From contig CAMTVD010000004.1 in NCBI GenBank assembly GCA_947085095.1, positions 1 through 64,000 on the forward strand: a DNA stretch of 64,000 bases, in the 5' to 3' direction. A program made the position numbers and the translations under genes. The stretch is from an uncultured Thermus sp. (GTDB lineage Bacteria > Deinococcota > Deinococci > Deinococcales > Thermaceae). The stretch's first letter is position 1, and each line of letters begins with the position of its first letter. The notes below the pieces were generated by a model. That model was not told the origin of the DNA and searched no databases. It saw nothing but the letters and a program-made list of their open reading frames with translations. Of this stretch, positions 27,911 through 37,388 are shown piece by piece.

Positions 27911-29160
27911 TCCTGGTCTATGGTCTGGGGCGCAGCGGCCTTGGAGTCCTCCGCTTTTTGCAGAAGCGGGGTCTTCCCGCCCGCTTTTACGACGATCGCC
28001 CCAGGGAGGAGGAGGTGGCGGAGGCCCTACGGCTGGGGTTTACCCCCGATTGGGACCTCTCCGGGAGGTACCAGGAAGTGGTGGCCGCCCCGGGGGTGCC
28101 CATAGACCACCCCAAGCTGGAGGCCTTGCGGAAGAGGGGGGCCTTGGTCCTGGGGGAGGCGGAGCTGGCCTACCGCCTCTCCTCCACCCCCATCATCGGC
28201 ATCACCGGGACCGCGGGGAAGACCAGCACCACCCTCTTCACCGCCCACCTCTTGCGGGGGCAGGGGCTTAGGGCCCTGGAGGGGGGAAACGTGGACCCGC
28301 CCCTGGTGAGCGTGGTGGACGAGGCGGAGGTAGCGGTGGCCGAGCTTTCCAGCTTCCAGCTGGAGCGCGTCCACGCTCTCCGCCCCAGGGTGGCCGTCCT
28401 CCTCAACCTGGGGGTGGACCACCTGGACCGGCACAAAAGCCTTTCGGCCTACCACGCCGCCAAGCTCAACCTTCTCAAGAACCTCACCCCGGAAGACGCC
28501 CTGGTCTACAACGAGGAAGACCCCAAGATCAGGGAGGCGGCCCGCCGCACCCCTGCCCGCCTCTACCCCTTCATCCCCGGGGAAAACCCCAGGGAGAGCA
28601 ACCTAAAGGCGGCCATAGAGGCCACCCGGGCCTACCTGGACCTTCTGGGGAAGTCCTTGGACGAGAGGGCCCTGGAGGAGAGCCTGCAGACCCTCCCCGA
28701 GCCCCCTCACCGCTTCCAGATCTTCGCCAGGAAGGGTCGTGTGGTCTTCATTGACGACTCCATCGCCACCCGCGCTTCCGCCGTGGCCGCTGCCCTACGG
28801 GCAGCCCCCGCCCCCGTCGCCTGGATCCTGGGGGGGGAGGACAAGGGGGCGGACCTGGAAGCCCTAAAACCCTTCCTCTCCCGGGTCAGGGTGGTCCTCG
28901 CCCTGGGCCGGGACGGGCCCAGGATGGCCAAGGCCCTGGGGGGTGGGGTGGAGGTGGTGGTCATCCCGGAGAAGGAAGGGAGGAGGGCCATGGAGCGGGC
29001 GGTGGCCGAGGCCTTGGGGCGCCTCGAGGAGGGAAGCGTCCTCCTCGCCCCCTTGGCCAGCAGCTTTGACCAGTTCCGGGACTACAAGGACCGCGCCCAA
29101 GCCTTCCGGGAGGCGGTCTTCGCCTTAGGAGGTGAGCCTTGGACCCCGTCTACCTCCTGA
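27907..29160 (+). CDS. murD: UDP-MurNAc-L-Ala--D-Glu ligase
   Basis: GLGRSG, ITGTAGKTST, ELSSFQL, DHLDRH and SFDQF. Confidence 0.96.
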   Translation: MILVYGLGRSGLGVLRFLQKRGLPARFYDDRPREEEVAEALRLGFTPDWDLSGRYQEVVAAPGVPIDHPKLEALRKRGALVLGEAELAYRLSSTPIIGITGTAGKTSTTLFTAHLLRGQGLRALEGGNVDPPLVSVVDEAEVAVAELSSFQLERVHALRPRVAVLLNLGVDHLDRHKSLSAYHAAKLNLLKNLTPEDALVYNEEDPKIREAARRTPARLYPFIPGENPRESNLKAAIEATRAYLDLLGKSLDERALEESLQTLPEPPHRFQIFARKGRVVFIDDSIATRASAVAAALRAAPAPVAWILGGEDKGADLEALKPFLSRVRVVLALGRDGPRMAKALGGGVEVVVIPEKEGRRAMERAVAEALGRLEEGSVLLAPLASSFDQFRDYKDRAQAFREAVFALGGEPWTPSTS

Positions 29161-30197
29161 CCGCTCTCCTCCTCCTGGCCTTCGGCCTCCTCGGGGTGGG
29201 GGTGGCGGAGCCGGAACTCCTTGAGGGCCACCTCCTAAGGGTGGGGATGGCCCTTTTGGCCATGGCCGCAGGGAGCCTTCTCCCTGTCCGGTCCCTGCTC
29301 CGCTTCGCCTTGGGACTCCACCTCCTCACCCTCCTCCTCTTGGGCCTGGTCCTCGTCCTGGGGGATGGACCGGGAGGGGTGCGGCGCTGGTTCTACTTGG
29401 GGCCCGTGGCCTTCCAGCCCTCGGAGCTGGCCAAGCTGACCCTGGTCCTCTACCTGGCCTCCTTCGTGGGCCGCAAGGGGAGCGACTACCCCATCCTGGG
29501 CCCGGCCCTCCTGGTGGGGGGGACCGTGGGCCTGGTCCTGATTGAGCCCGACTTCGCCACCGCCCTTTTCCTCCTCACCCTGGGAGCCCTCCTCTTCATC
29601 CTGGCGGGGGTGCCCTGGCGCAGGCTGATCGCCATAGCCCTGGCGGGGCTCCTGGTCATCACGCCTTTCTCCGGGTTCTACCTGAGCCGCTTCGCCTACG
29701 TGTCCGAGCGCTTCAGCGGCTTCCTCAGCTACGTCCGGGGGGAGGCGAGCCCCAAGGAAGCCGCCTACCAGGTGGTCCAGGCCCAGAAGGCCATCCTCCT
29801 CGGGGGGGCCTTGGGCCAGGGGCCGGGAGGGAGCCTCCCCCACCTGCCCGAGGCCCACAACGACATGGTCTTCGCCAGCGTGGTCTTCGCCACCGGCTGG
29901 CTGGGAGGGCTCATGGTCCTTTTCCTCTACCTTCTCCTCTTCCTCAGGGGGTTCGCCCTCTCCCTTAGGCTCCAGGGGCCTGAGAGCCTGGTGGCCATGG
30001 GCCTCACCCTCTACCTCACCCTCCAGGCCGCCCTCAACATCGGGGTCACGGTGGGTTTCCTGCCGGTGACCGGGGTGCCCCTGCCCCTCATCTCCTACGG
30101 GGGGAGTTCCCTCCTGGTCTCCGGTCTGGCCCTGGGCCTCCTCATGGGCCTCTCCCGGGAGGCCTCCTTGAAGGAGGTGCGCCGATGGTCCTCCTGA
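29139..30197 (+). CDS. ftsW: SEDS peptidoglycan polymerase
   Basis: RRW, FQPSELAK, LPEAHND and GVPLPLISYGGSS. Confidence 0.95.
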   Translation: MDPVYLLTALLLLAFGLLGVGVAEPELLEGHLLRVGMALLAMAAGSLLPVRSLLRFALGLHLLTLLLLGLVLVLGDGPGGVRRWFYLGPVAFQPSELAKLTLVLYLASFVGRKGSDYPILGPALLVGGTVGLVLIEPDFATALFLLTLGALLFILAGVPWRRLIAIALAGLLVITPFSGFYLSRFAYVSERFSGFLSYVRGEASPKEAAYQVVQAQKAILLGGALGQGPGGSLPHLPEAHNDMVFASVVFATGWLGGLMVLFLYLLLFLRGFALSLRLQGPESLVAMGLTLYLTLQAALNIGVTVGFLPVTGVPLPLISYGGSSLLVSGLALGLLMGLSREASLKEVRRWSS

Positions 30198-31204
30198 CGG
30201 GCGGGGGCACTGGGGGGCATCTCTTTCCCGCCCTGGCGGTGGCCGAGGAACTCCTGAGGCGGGGGCACGGGGTCTTTTACCTGGGGGCCGAGGGGGGCCT
30301 CGAGGCCCGCCTTCTCCCCAAGACCTCCATCCCCCACGCCCTCATTCCCGCGGGCAAGCTGGACCGGAGCGCCTTCCGGCCCCAGGAGGCCCTGAAGCTT
30401 CTCCAGGGCCTAGCCTCCGCCAGGAAGGTTCTCCTTCAGGCCCGGCCCAAGGCCATCCTTTCCACCGGGGGGTATGCGGGCTTTCCCGGGGCCCTCGTGG
30501 GGGCCATGGGGGGGATCCCCCTCCTCCTCCACGAGCAAAACGCCAAGCTGGGCCTGGCCCTCCGCCTCCTCGCCCCCCTGGCCCAGGGCCTGGCCCTTTC
30601 CGTGCCCTTGGGCCTCTCCCCCAGGCTATCCCCCAAGGCCCGGGTGGTGGGCTACCCCGTGCGGGAGGTGCGCTACCCCCAGGCGGAGGCCAAGGAGAGG
30701 CTGGGCTTTGACCCCAAGAAGCCTCTCCTCCTCGTCCTTGGGGGGAGCCAGGGAAGCCTGGAGCTCAACGAAACCCTCCCCCCCCTCCTCAGGCCCCTGG
30801 GCCTTCCCGTGCTCCACCAGGTGGGGGAAAGGTGGCTTGCGCGCTACCGCCATCTGGAGGGGGAGGGGTACCGGGTGGTGGGCTTCCTGGACGCCCCCCT
30901 GGCCATGAGCGCCGCCGACCTCCTCCTCTCCCGGGCCGGGGCGGGAACCCTGGCCGAGGCCGCCTTCCACCGCCTCCCCGCCCTTCTCTTCCCCCTCTCC
31001 CCCAGGCTGGATGGGGGGGCGCAGGTGGCCAACGCCCTGGCCTACCAGAGGGCAGGGGGGGCGGAGCTTGGGGAACCCTCCCGCCTGGGGGAGCAGGTGG
31101 AGAAGATCCTGGGAAACCCCTCCCCCTACCGGGAGGCCCTGGCCCGCCTCTCCCCCGAGGGGGCGGCGGGACGAATCGCGGACTGGCTGGAGGAGTTCCT
31201 ATGA
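30185..31204 (+). CDS. murG: Lipid II GlcNAc transferase
   Basis: GGGTGGH, HEQN, GGSQG and RAGAGT. Confidence 0.97.
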   Translation: MVLLTGGGTGGHLFPALAVAEELLRRGHGVFYLGAEGGLEARLLPKTSIPHALIPAGKLDRSAFRPQEALKLLQGLASARKVLLQARPKAILSTGGYAGFPGALVGAMGGIPLLLHEQNAKLGLALRLLAPLAQGLALSVPLGLSPRLSPKARVVGYPVREVRYPQAEAKERLGFDPKKPLLLVLGGSQGSLELNETLPPLLRPLGLPVLHQVGERWLARYRHLEGEGYRVVGFLDAPLAMSAADLLLSRAGAGTLAEAAFHRLPALLFPLSPRLDGGAQVANALAYQRAGGAELGEPSRLGEQVEKILGNPSPYREALARLSPEGAAGRIADWLEEFL

Positions 31205-32541
31205 AACGCGTGCACGTGATGGGCATTGAAGGGGTGGGGATGAGCGCCCTGGCCCGCCTCCTCCTGGCAGAGGGGGTGGCGGTCACCGGGTGCGACCTGG
31301 CCCCTGGGGCCAGGGCCAAGGCCCTAGGGGTTCCCGTCCACTCTGGCCATGACCCCGCGCACCTGACCGAGGAGGACACCCTCCTGGTCCCCACCCCCAT
31401 CCCCCTGGACCATCCGGAGGTGCGGGCAGCCGAGGCCAGGGGGCTTAGGGTCTTAAGGCGGATGGAACTCCTGGCCCAGCTCCTTGGGCAAAGGCCCTCC
31501 CTGGGGGTCACGGGTACCCACGGGAAGACCACCACCACGGGCATGCTGGCCAGCATCCTCCTCGAGGCCGGCCTGGACCCCTGGGTCCTCCTGGGAGGGG
31601 AGCTCAGCCTCCTCCCTGGAAACGCCCGCTTCGGGGAGGGCCCCCGCCTGGCGGAGGTGGACGAGTCCGACCCCCTTTTCCAGGAGGTGCGGGTCTCCGT
31701 GGCCGTGGCCACCAACCTCGAGGCCGACCACATCGCCCCCCCGGGTCAAAAGGCCCCCAACTACCACGAGAGCCTCGAGGACCTGAAAGGGGCCATGCGG
31801 GGCTTCCTGGAGAGGGCGGAGGTGGCCGTGGTTCCCGCCTCTGATCCCCTGCTCATGGAGCTCTCCCAAGGGCTTCCCCGGAGGGTTTTTGGGACATCCG
31901 GGGAGCTTTGTGCGGAGAAGGTGCGCCTCGGCCCCTCGGGAAGCCGCTTCCTCCTGGTGCACGAGGCCCGGGTGCTGGGGGAGGCCACCCTCCAGGTGCC
32001 CGGTGCCCACAATGTCCAAAACGCCCTGGCCGCCGCCCTGGCCGCCCTGGCCCTTGGGGTGGGGGTAGAGGCCATCCTTCAGGGCCTCGCCCGCTTCCCC
32101 GGGGTGGGGCGGCGCTTCCAGAGGGTGGGGGAGGTCAAGGGGGCCTTGGTGGTAGACGACTACGCCCACCACCCCACCGAGGTCCGGGCCACCCTCGAGG
32201 CCGCAAGCCACCATCACCGCCAAATCCGCGTCCTCTTCCAACCCCACCGCCTCCTGCGCACCCAGGCTCTCTGGACAGATTTCGTGGAGGCCCTGACCCT
32301 AGCCCAGGAGGTGGTGGTCCTCCCCGTGTACACCGCCGGGGAAAAGGGGGAGGTCTCCCCCGAGGCCCTAAGCCGCCGGATCGCCGAGGCCCTAAGGGAA
32401 AGGGGGGTGGTTGCCCACTACTTGGAAAAGGAGGAGGCCCTAGCCTACGCCCGCACCACCGCCACCCCAGAAGACCTCTGGCTCACCCTGGGAGCGGGGG
32501 ATGTGACGGAACTGGCCCGGAGGCTCGTCCATGAAGGTTGA
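31201..32541 (+). CDS. murC: UDP-MurNAc--L-Ala ligase
   Basis: GIEGVGMSALA, GTHGKTTT, DDYAHHPTE and FQPHR. Confidence 0.97.
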   Translation: MKRVHVMGIEGVGMSALARLLLAEGVAVTGCDLAPGARAKALGVPVHSGHDPAHLTEEDTLLVPTPIPLDHPEVRAAEARGLRVLRRMELLAQLLGQRPSLGVTGTHGKTTTTGMLASILLEAGLDPWVLLGGELSLLPGNARFGEGPRLAEVDESDPLFQEVRVSVAVATNLEADHIAPPGQKAPNYHESLEDLKGAMRGFLERAEVAVVPASDPLLMELSQGLPRRVFGTSGELCAEKVRLGPSGSRFLLVHEARVLGEATLQVPGAHNVQNALAAALAALALGVGVEAILQGLARFPGVGRRFQRVGEVKGALVVDDYAHHPTEVRATLEAASHHHRQIRVLFQPHRLLRTQALWTDFVEALTLAQEVVVLPVYTAGEKGEVSPEALSRRIAEALRERGVVAHYLEKEEALAYARTTATPEDLWLTLGAGDVTELARRLVHEG

Positions 32542-33328
32542 GCGCGTCCTTCTCAAGGACCACACCACCCTGGGGGTGGGAGGCCCCGCGGAGCTCTGGA
32601 CGGTGGAGACCCGCGAGGAACTCAGAAGGGCCACCGAGGCCCCCTACCGGGTTATCGGGAACGGCTCCAATCTATTGGTCCTGGACGAAGGGGTCCCGGA
32701 GCGGGTGATCCGCCTGGCGGGAGAGTTTCAAGAGTACGATCTCCGGGGCTGGGTGGGGGCGGGGACCCTCCTGCCCCTTCTGGTGCAGGAGGCGGCCAGG
32801 GCGGGGCTTTCGGGCCTCGAGGGCCTCCTGGGCATCCCCGCCCAGGTGGGGGGCGCGGTGAAGATGAACGCGGGCACCCGCTTCGGGGAAATGGCGGACG
32901 CCCTGGAGGCGGTGGAGATCTTCCACGACGGAGCCTTCCACATCTACACGCCCGGGGAACTGGGCTTTGGCTACCGGGAAAGCCGCCTCCCCAAGGGCGG
33001 CATTGTGACCCGGGTGAGGCTTCGGCTGAAGGAACTCCCCTTGGATGCGATCCGGCGGCGCATGGCCGAGGTGGACGCCGCCAGAAAGGGCCAGCCCAAG
33101 CGGAAAAGCGCCGGCTGCGCCTTCAAAAACCCCCCGGGCCAGTCCGCAGGCCGCCTCATAGACGAAAGGGGCCTGAAGGGCCTGCGGGTGGGGGAGGCCA
33201 TGGTTTCCCTGGAGCACGGCAACTTCATCGTCAACCTGGGCCAGGCCACCGCCAAGGACGTGCTGGAGCTCCTAAGACGCATCCAAGAGGAGCTTCCCCT
33301 GGAGCTGGAGTGGGAGGTTTGGCCGTGA
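32531..33328 (+). CDS. murB: UDP-N-acetylenolpyruvoylglucosamine reductase
   Basis: GNGSNLL, MNAG, SAGCAFKNP and HGNFIVN. Confidence 0.97.
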   Translation: MKVERVLLKDHTTLGVGGPAELWTVETREELRRATEAPYRVIGNGSNLLVLDEGVPERVIRLAGEFQEYDLRGWVGAGTLLPLLVQEAARAGLSGLEGLLGIPAQVGGAVKMNAGTRFGEMADALEAVEIFHDGAFHIYTPGELGFGYRESRLPKGGIVTRVRLRLKELPLDAIRRRMAEVDAARKGQPKRKSAGCAFKNPPGQSAGRLIDERGLKGLRVGEAMVSLEHGNFIVNLGQATAKDVLELLRRIQEELPLELEWEVWP

Positions 33329-33359
33329 TTTCGCAACCCTTTCACACCTGGGGGATACA

Positions 33360-33947
33360 ATGCGCCTTATGAGGACCATCCTGGCTCTCCTTCTCCTCGC
33401 CACCCTCTTTGTGGCCAGCCTGGTCCTCTTCCCCGTGGAGAAGGTGGAGGTGGTGGGGCTTGAGCACCTGAAGGAGGCCCATGTGCTGGCGCGAACCGGG
33501 CTCCACGAGGGGGAGGCCTGGCTCTGGGTTTCCGCCAACCGCCTCGCCCCTCTGCTCCAAGACCCCTGGGTGGCCGAGGCCCGCCTGGAAAAGCCAAGGC
33601 CCGGGGAGGTACGCCTTTTCGTGCGGGAGCGGAAACCCCTTTTACCCCTAGGGGACGGTTCTGCCCTGGCCGAGGATGGCACGCTCCTCCCCGGAGGCGC
33701 CCCCCTGGCCCGGGGCCCCCGGGTGGAGGGCCAGGGCCCCCTGCCCAAGGAAGAGCTCCTGCGCCTGGCCCGGGCCTATCCTAGGGCCAAGGCCCTCCGC
33801 TACACCCCAGCGGGCTTCTGGGTGGAGCTCAAGGAGACCACCCTCTTCGCCCCGGAAGCGCGGTTTCTGCTAGAGTATGCCCAAGCGAAGGGGGCTTTGG
33901 GAAGCCAGGTCTACCTGTATTCTTGGGGGGTGAGCGTACGCCCATGA
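33360..33947 (+). CDS. ftsQ: FtsQ/DivIB POTRA protein
   Basis: TM plus POTRA-like region; position before ftsA. Confidence 0.85.
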   Translation: MRLMRTILALLLLATLFVASLVLFPVEKVEVVGLEHLKEAHVLARTGLHEGEAWLWVSANRLAPLLQDPWVAEARLEKPRPGEVRLFVRERKPLLPLGDGSALAEDGTLLPGGAPLARGPRVEGQGPLPKEELLRLARAYPRAKALRYTPAGFWVELKETTLFAPEARFLLEYAQAKGALGSQVYLYSWGVSVRP

Positions 33948-35188
33948 TCATCGCCGGACTGGATGTAGGCACCAGCAAGGTTACCACCGTGATCGGGGAG
34001 CTGGCCCCCGATGGCATTTTGGACATCATCGGCGAGGGAACGGCCCCCTCCCAAGGGCTGAAACGGGGGGTCGTGGTCAACCTGGAGCGCACCACCGAGG
34101 CCATCCGCCAAAGCGTCCACCAGGCCGAGCGGGTGGCTGGGGTCAGGGTGGAGCGGGTGGTGGTGGGCGTGGGGGGGCCCCACCTGAAAAGCGTAACCAG
34201 CCACGGCCTGGCCGCTATCCGCCGGGGCCATAGCATCGCCGAGGCCGATGTGGAGCGGGCCATTGAGCAGGCCAAGGCCTACCCCTTTGAAGGGGAGCTG
34301 GAACTTCTCCACGCCCTGCCCTTGGAGTTCAAGGTGGACGGGCAGGAGGGCATCCGGGACCCTGTGGGCATGGCGGGGGTGCGCCTCGAGGTGGAGGTCC
34401 ACCTGGTGGCCGCGGCCAGGGGACCCCTCGCCAACCTGCGCCGGGCGGTGGAGGACGCCGGGCTCGAGGTGGAGGCCCTGGTGGCCCAGACCCTGGCCAG
34501 CGGCCTCGGGGCCTTGGGTCCCGAGGAAGACCACATGACCGTTCTCCTCTTGGACGTGGGTGGGGGCACCACCGACGTGGCCGTCTTCCGTGAGGGGCGC
34601 CTGGCCCACTCCACCGTCCTGCCCTTGGGCGGCGATCACGTAACCCAGGACATCGCCCAGCTCCTGAAAATCCCCTTTGAAGAGGCCGAGCGGGTGAAGA
34701 AGAAGTACGGGGCCGCCCTGCCGGAACTGGCCGACCCTGAGCTGGTCCTGGAGATCAACCAAGAGGGGGGCTCCTTGGGAGAGGTGCCCGCCCCGGAGCT
34801 TTCCCGCATTATCCGGCCCCGCCTTAGGGAGATCCTCCACCTGGCCCGGCAATCGGTGGACGAGGCCTTGGGGCCCCTGGAGATCAGGGTAAACCGGGTG
34901 GTCCTCACCGGGGGCACGGCCCTCCTCCGGGGGTTTGACCTTCTGGCCCGGCAGCAGTACAGCCTACCGGTGCGCATCGGCAGGCCCCAAGGGGTTTCCG
35001 GCCTCACCGATGTGGTGGCTACCCCCGCCCACGCCACCGCCGTGGGCCTGGTGCGCTATGGGGCCACCTTACCCATCCGGTCCCCAGAGCCCAAGCCCAG
35101 GCGGGAAAAGAAGGAGAAGCGGGAAGAAAGCGGTCAGGCTACGGGATTCTGGGCCCGGATCAAGGAGATTATCAACAATCTATTTTGA
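33944..35188 (+). CDS. ftsA: Cell division protein FtsA
   Basis: GLDVGTSKV, DVGGGTTD and VLTGG. Confidence 0.97.
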   Translation: MIIAGLDVGTSKVTTVIGELAPDGILDIIGEGTAPSQGLKRGVVVNLERTTEAIRQSVHQAERVAGVRVERVVVGVGGPHLKSVTSHGLAAIRRGHSIAEADVERAIEQAKAYPFEGELELLHALPLEFKVDGQEGIRDPVGMAGVRLEVEVHLVAAARGPLANLRRAVEDAGLEVEALVAQTLASGLGALGPEEDHMTVLLLDVGGGTTDVAVFREGRLAHSTVLPLGGDHVTQDIAQLLKIPFEEAERVKKKYGAALPELADPELVLEINQEGGSLGEVPAPELSRIIRPRLREILHLARQSVDEALGPLEIRVNRVVLTGGTALLRGFDLLARQQYSLPVRIGRPQGVSGLTDVVATPAHATAVGLVRYGATLPIRSPEPKPRREKKEKREESGQATGFWARIKEIINNLF

Positions 35189-35197
35189 GGAGGGGAA

Positions 35198-36253
35198 ATG
35201 GAAGGAGCCGTCATCAAGGTGATTGGGCTAGGGGGGGCCGGGAACAACGCGGTGAACCGCATGATTGAGGCGGGCCTCTCCGGGGTGGAGTTCATCGCCG
35301 CCAACACCGATGCCCAGGTGCTGGCGAAAAGCCTGGCGGACACCCGCATCCAGCTGGGGGAGAAGCTCACCCGGGGCCTGGGGGCGGGGGCCAACCCCGA
35401 GATCGGGGAGAAGGCGGCCCTCGAGGCCGAGGACCTGATCGCCGAGACCCTCGAGGGGGCGGACCTGGTCTTCCTGACCGCGGGCATGGGGGGCGGTACG
35501 GGTACGGGAAGCGCCCCCATCGTGGCCGACATCGCCAAGCGCCTGGGAGCCCTCACCGTGGCCGTGGTGACCCGGCCCTTCAGCTTTGAGGGCCCAAAGC
35601 GCTTGAGGGCGGCGGAGGAGGGCATCAAACGCCTGAGGGAGCGGGTGGACGCCATGGTGGTGGTGCAGAACGACCGCCTCCTCTCGGCGGTGGACAAAAA
35701 GATGAGCCTCAAAGATGCCTTTCTCATCGCCGACCGGGTCCTCTACCACGGGGTGAAGGGCATCACCGATGTCATCAACCTCCCAGGCCTCATCAACGTG
35801 GACTTCGCCGACGTGAAGGCCCTCCTGGAGGGGGCGGGCCAGGTGCTCATGGGCATCGGGGCCGGGCGCGGGGAGAACCGGGTGGAGGAAGTGGCCAAGA
35901 CCGCCACCCATAGCCCCCTCCTGGAGCGCTCCATTGAAGGGGCCAGGCGCCTCCTCCTGAACGTGGTGGGATCGGAAGACCTCTCCCTCATGGAGGCGGC
36001 GGAGGTGGTGGAAAGGATACGGGAGGCCACGGGCCAAGGAGATGTGGACATCCTCTACGGGGTCACCTACGACGACCGGGCCCAGGACGAGCTTAGGGTC
36101 ATCCTTATCGCCGCGGGGTTTGGGGAGAGCACCGTGGTCCCCAGGCCCCTACGCCCCCTGGACTTTCCCACCCACACAGACACCTACAACTTTGATATAC
36201 CCGCCTTCATCCGCTACGGGGACGGGGAGTTTCCCCCCAAGCGGGGCAACTAG
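35198..36253 (+). CDS. ftsZ: Cell division protein FtsZ
   Basis: [17 protein letters not shown] and C-terminal DIPAFIR. Confidence 0.99.
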   Translation: MEGAVIKVIGLGGAGNNAVNRMIEAGLSGVEFIAANTDAQVLAKSLADTRIQLGEKLTRGLGAGANPEIGEKAALEAEDLIAETLEGADLVFLTAGMGGGTGTGSAPIVADIAKRLGALTVAVVTRPFSFEGPKRLRAAEEGIKRLRERVDAMVVVQNDRLLSAVDKKMSLKDAFLIADRVLYHGVKGITDVINLPGLINVDFADVKALLEGAGQVLMGIGAGRGENRVEEVAKTATHSPLLERSIEGARRLLLNVVGSEDLSLMEAAEVVERIREATGQGDVDILYGVTYDDRAQDELRVILIAAGFGESTVVPRPLRPLDFPTHTDTYNFDIPAFIRYGDGEFPPKRGN

Positions 36254-36267
36254 GAAGCCCCTCTCTC

Positions 36268-36768
36268 GTGGTCGTCTTGGGCGTTGATCCTGGCATCACC
36301 CACCTGGGCCTGGGGGTAGTGGACGTGGAGGCCAAGGGGGCCTTGAAGGCCCACCTTCTCCATGGGGAGGTGGTGAGAACCACGCACAAGGAAAGGGCCC
36401 AGGAACGGGTGGGCCGCATCCACACCCGGGTGAGGGAAGTCCTTCTCCGTTTTCGCCCCGAGGCCCTGGCGGTGGAGGAGCAGTTCTTCTACCGGCAAAA
36501 CGAGCTGGCCTACAAGGTGGGCTGGGCCCTGGGGGCGGTGCTGGTGGCGGCCCACGAGCTAGGGGTGCCCGTCTACGCCTATGGTCCCATGCAGGTGAAG
36601 CAGGCCCTGGCGGGACACGGCCATGCGGGTAAGGAGGAGGTGGCCCTGATGGTCCGGGGCATCCTGGGCCTAAGGGAGGCCCCCAAGCCCAGCCACCTGG
36701 CGGATGCTCTGGCCATCGCCCTCACCCACGCCTTCTACGCGCGGTTGGGCAGCGCTAAACCCCTTTAG
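36268..36768 (+). CDS. ruvC: Holliday junction resolvase
   Basis: LGVDPG, AVEEQF and ADALAIALTH. Confidence 0.96.
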   Translation: MVVLGVDPGITHLGLGVVDVEAKGALKAHLLHGEVVRTTHKERAQERVGRIHTRVREVLLRFRPEALAVEEQFFYRQNELAYKVGWALGAVLVAAHELGVPVYAYGPMQVKQALAGHGHAGKEEVALMVRGILGLREAPKPSHLADALAIALTHAFYARLGSAKPL

Positions 36769-37388
36769 AGCCATCCCCGGCGCACCGCATAGCGCAAGAG
36801 GTCGCTTCGGGACTTGAGGCCCAGCTTCTCCATACCCCGCTCCCGGTAAGTGGCCACGGTCTTTTCGGAAATCCCTAGCTTCTCGGCCACCTCCTTGTGG
36901 GAAAGACCTTGGGCCAGGAGGCAAAGGACCTCTTCCTCCCGGGGGGAAAGGGTTCCCTCGTCTACGGCTTCCTGAACCATCTCCATGGCCAGGCGCACGG
37001 CCAGGGCAGGGTTTAGGTATCGCTCCCCCCGGGCTACGGCTAGGACAGCGTCCAGAAGCTCGTGGTCCACGGCCGCCTTGCTCACGTACCCCTGCCCTCC
37101 GGCCTGGAGGAAGCCCCGCACGTACTCCGCGTCCTCGTGCATGGAAAGGGCCAGGAGCCTGAGCTCGGGAAACCGCTCCCGAAGCCTTTGGCAGAGGGCG
37201 ATGCCGGTGCCATCAGGAAGGGAGATGTCCAGGATGACCACGTCCGTCTCCACCCTCTCCAGGAGGTCCATGGCCTCCCGGCAGCTCCCCGCCTCCCCCA
37301 CCACCCGCACCGGCCCCTTAGCCTCCAGCAGGTGCCGGAGGCCGCTCCGCACCAAGAGGTGGTCCTCCACCAGCACCACCCGGATCAT
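36765..37388 (-). CDS. NarL/LuxR-family response regulator
   Basis: VEDH/LDISLP receiver domain plus LSPREEEVL HTH. Confidence 0.95.
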   Translation of the reverse strand: MIRVVLVEDHLLVRSGLRHLLEAKGPVRVVGEAGSCREAMDLLERVETDVVILDISLPDGTGIALCQRLRERFPELRLLALSMHEDAEYVRGFLQAGGQGYVSKAAVDHELLDAVLAVARGERYLNPALAVRLAMEMVQEAVDEGTLSPREEEVLCLLAQGLSHKEVAEKLGISEKTVATYRERGMEKLGLKSRSDLLRYAVRRGWL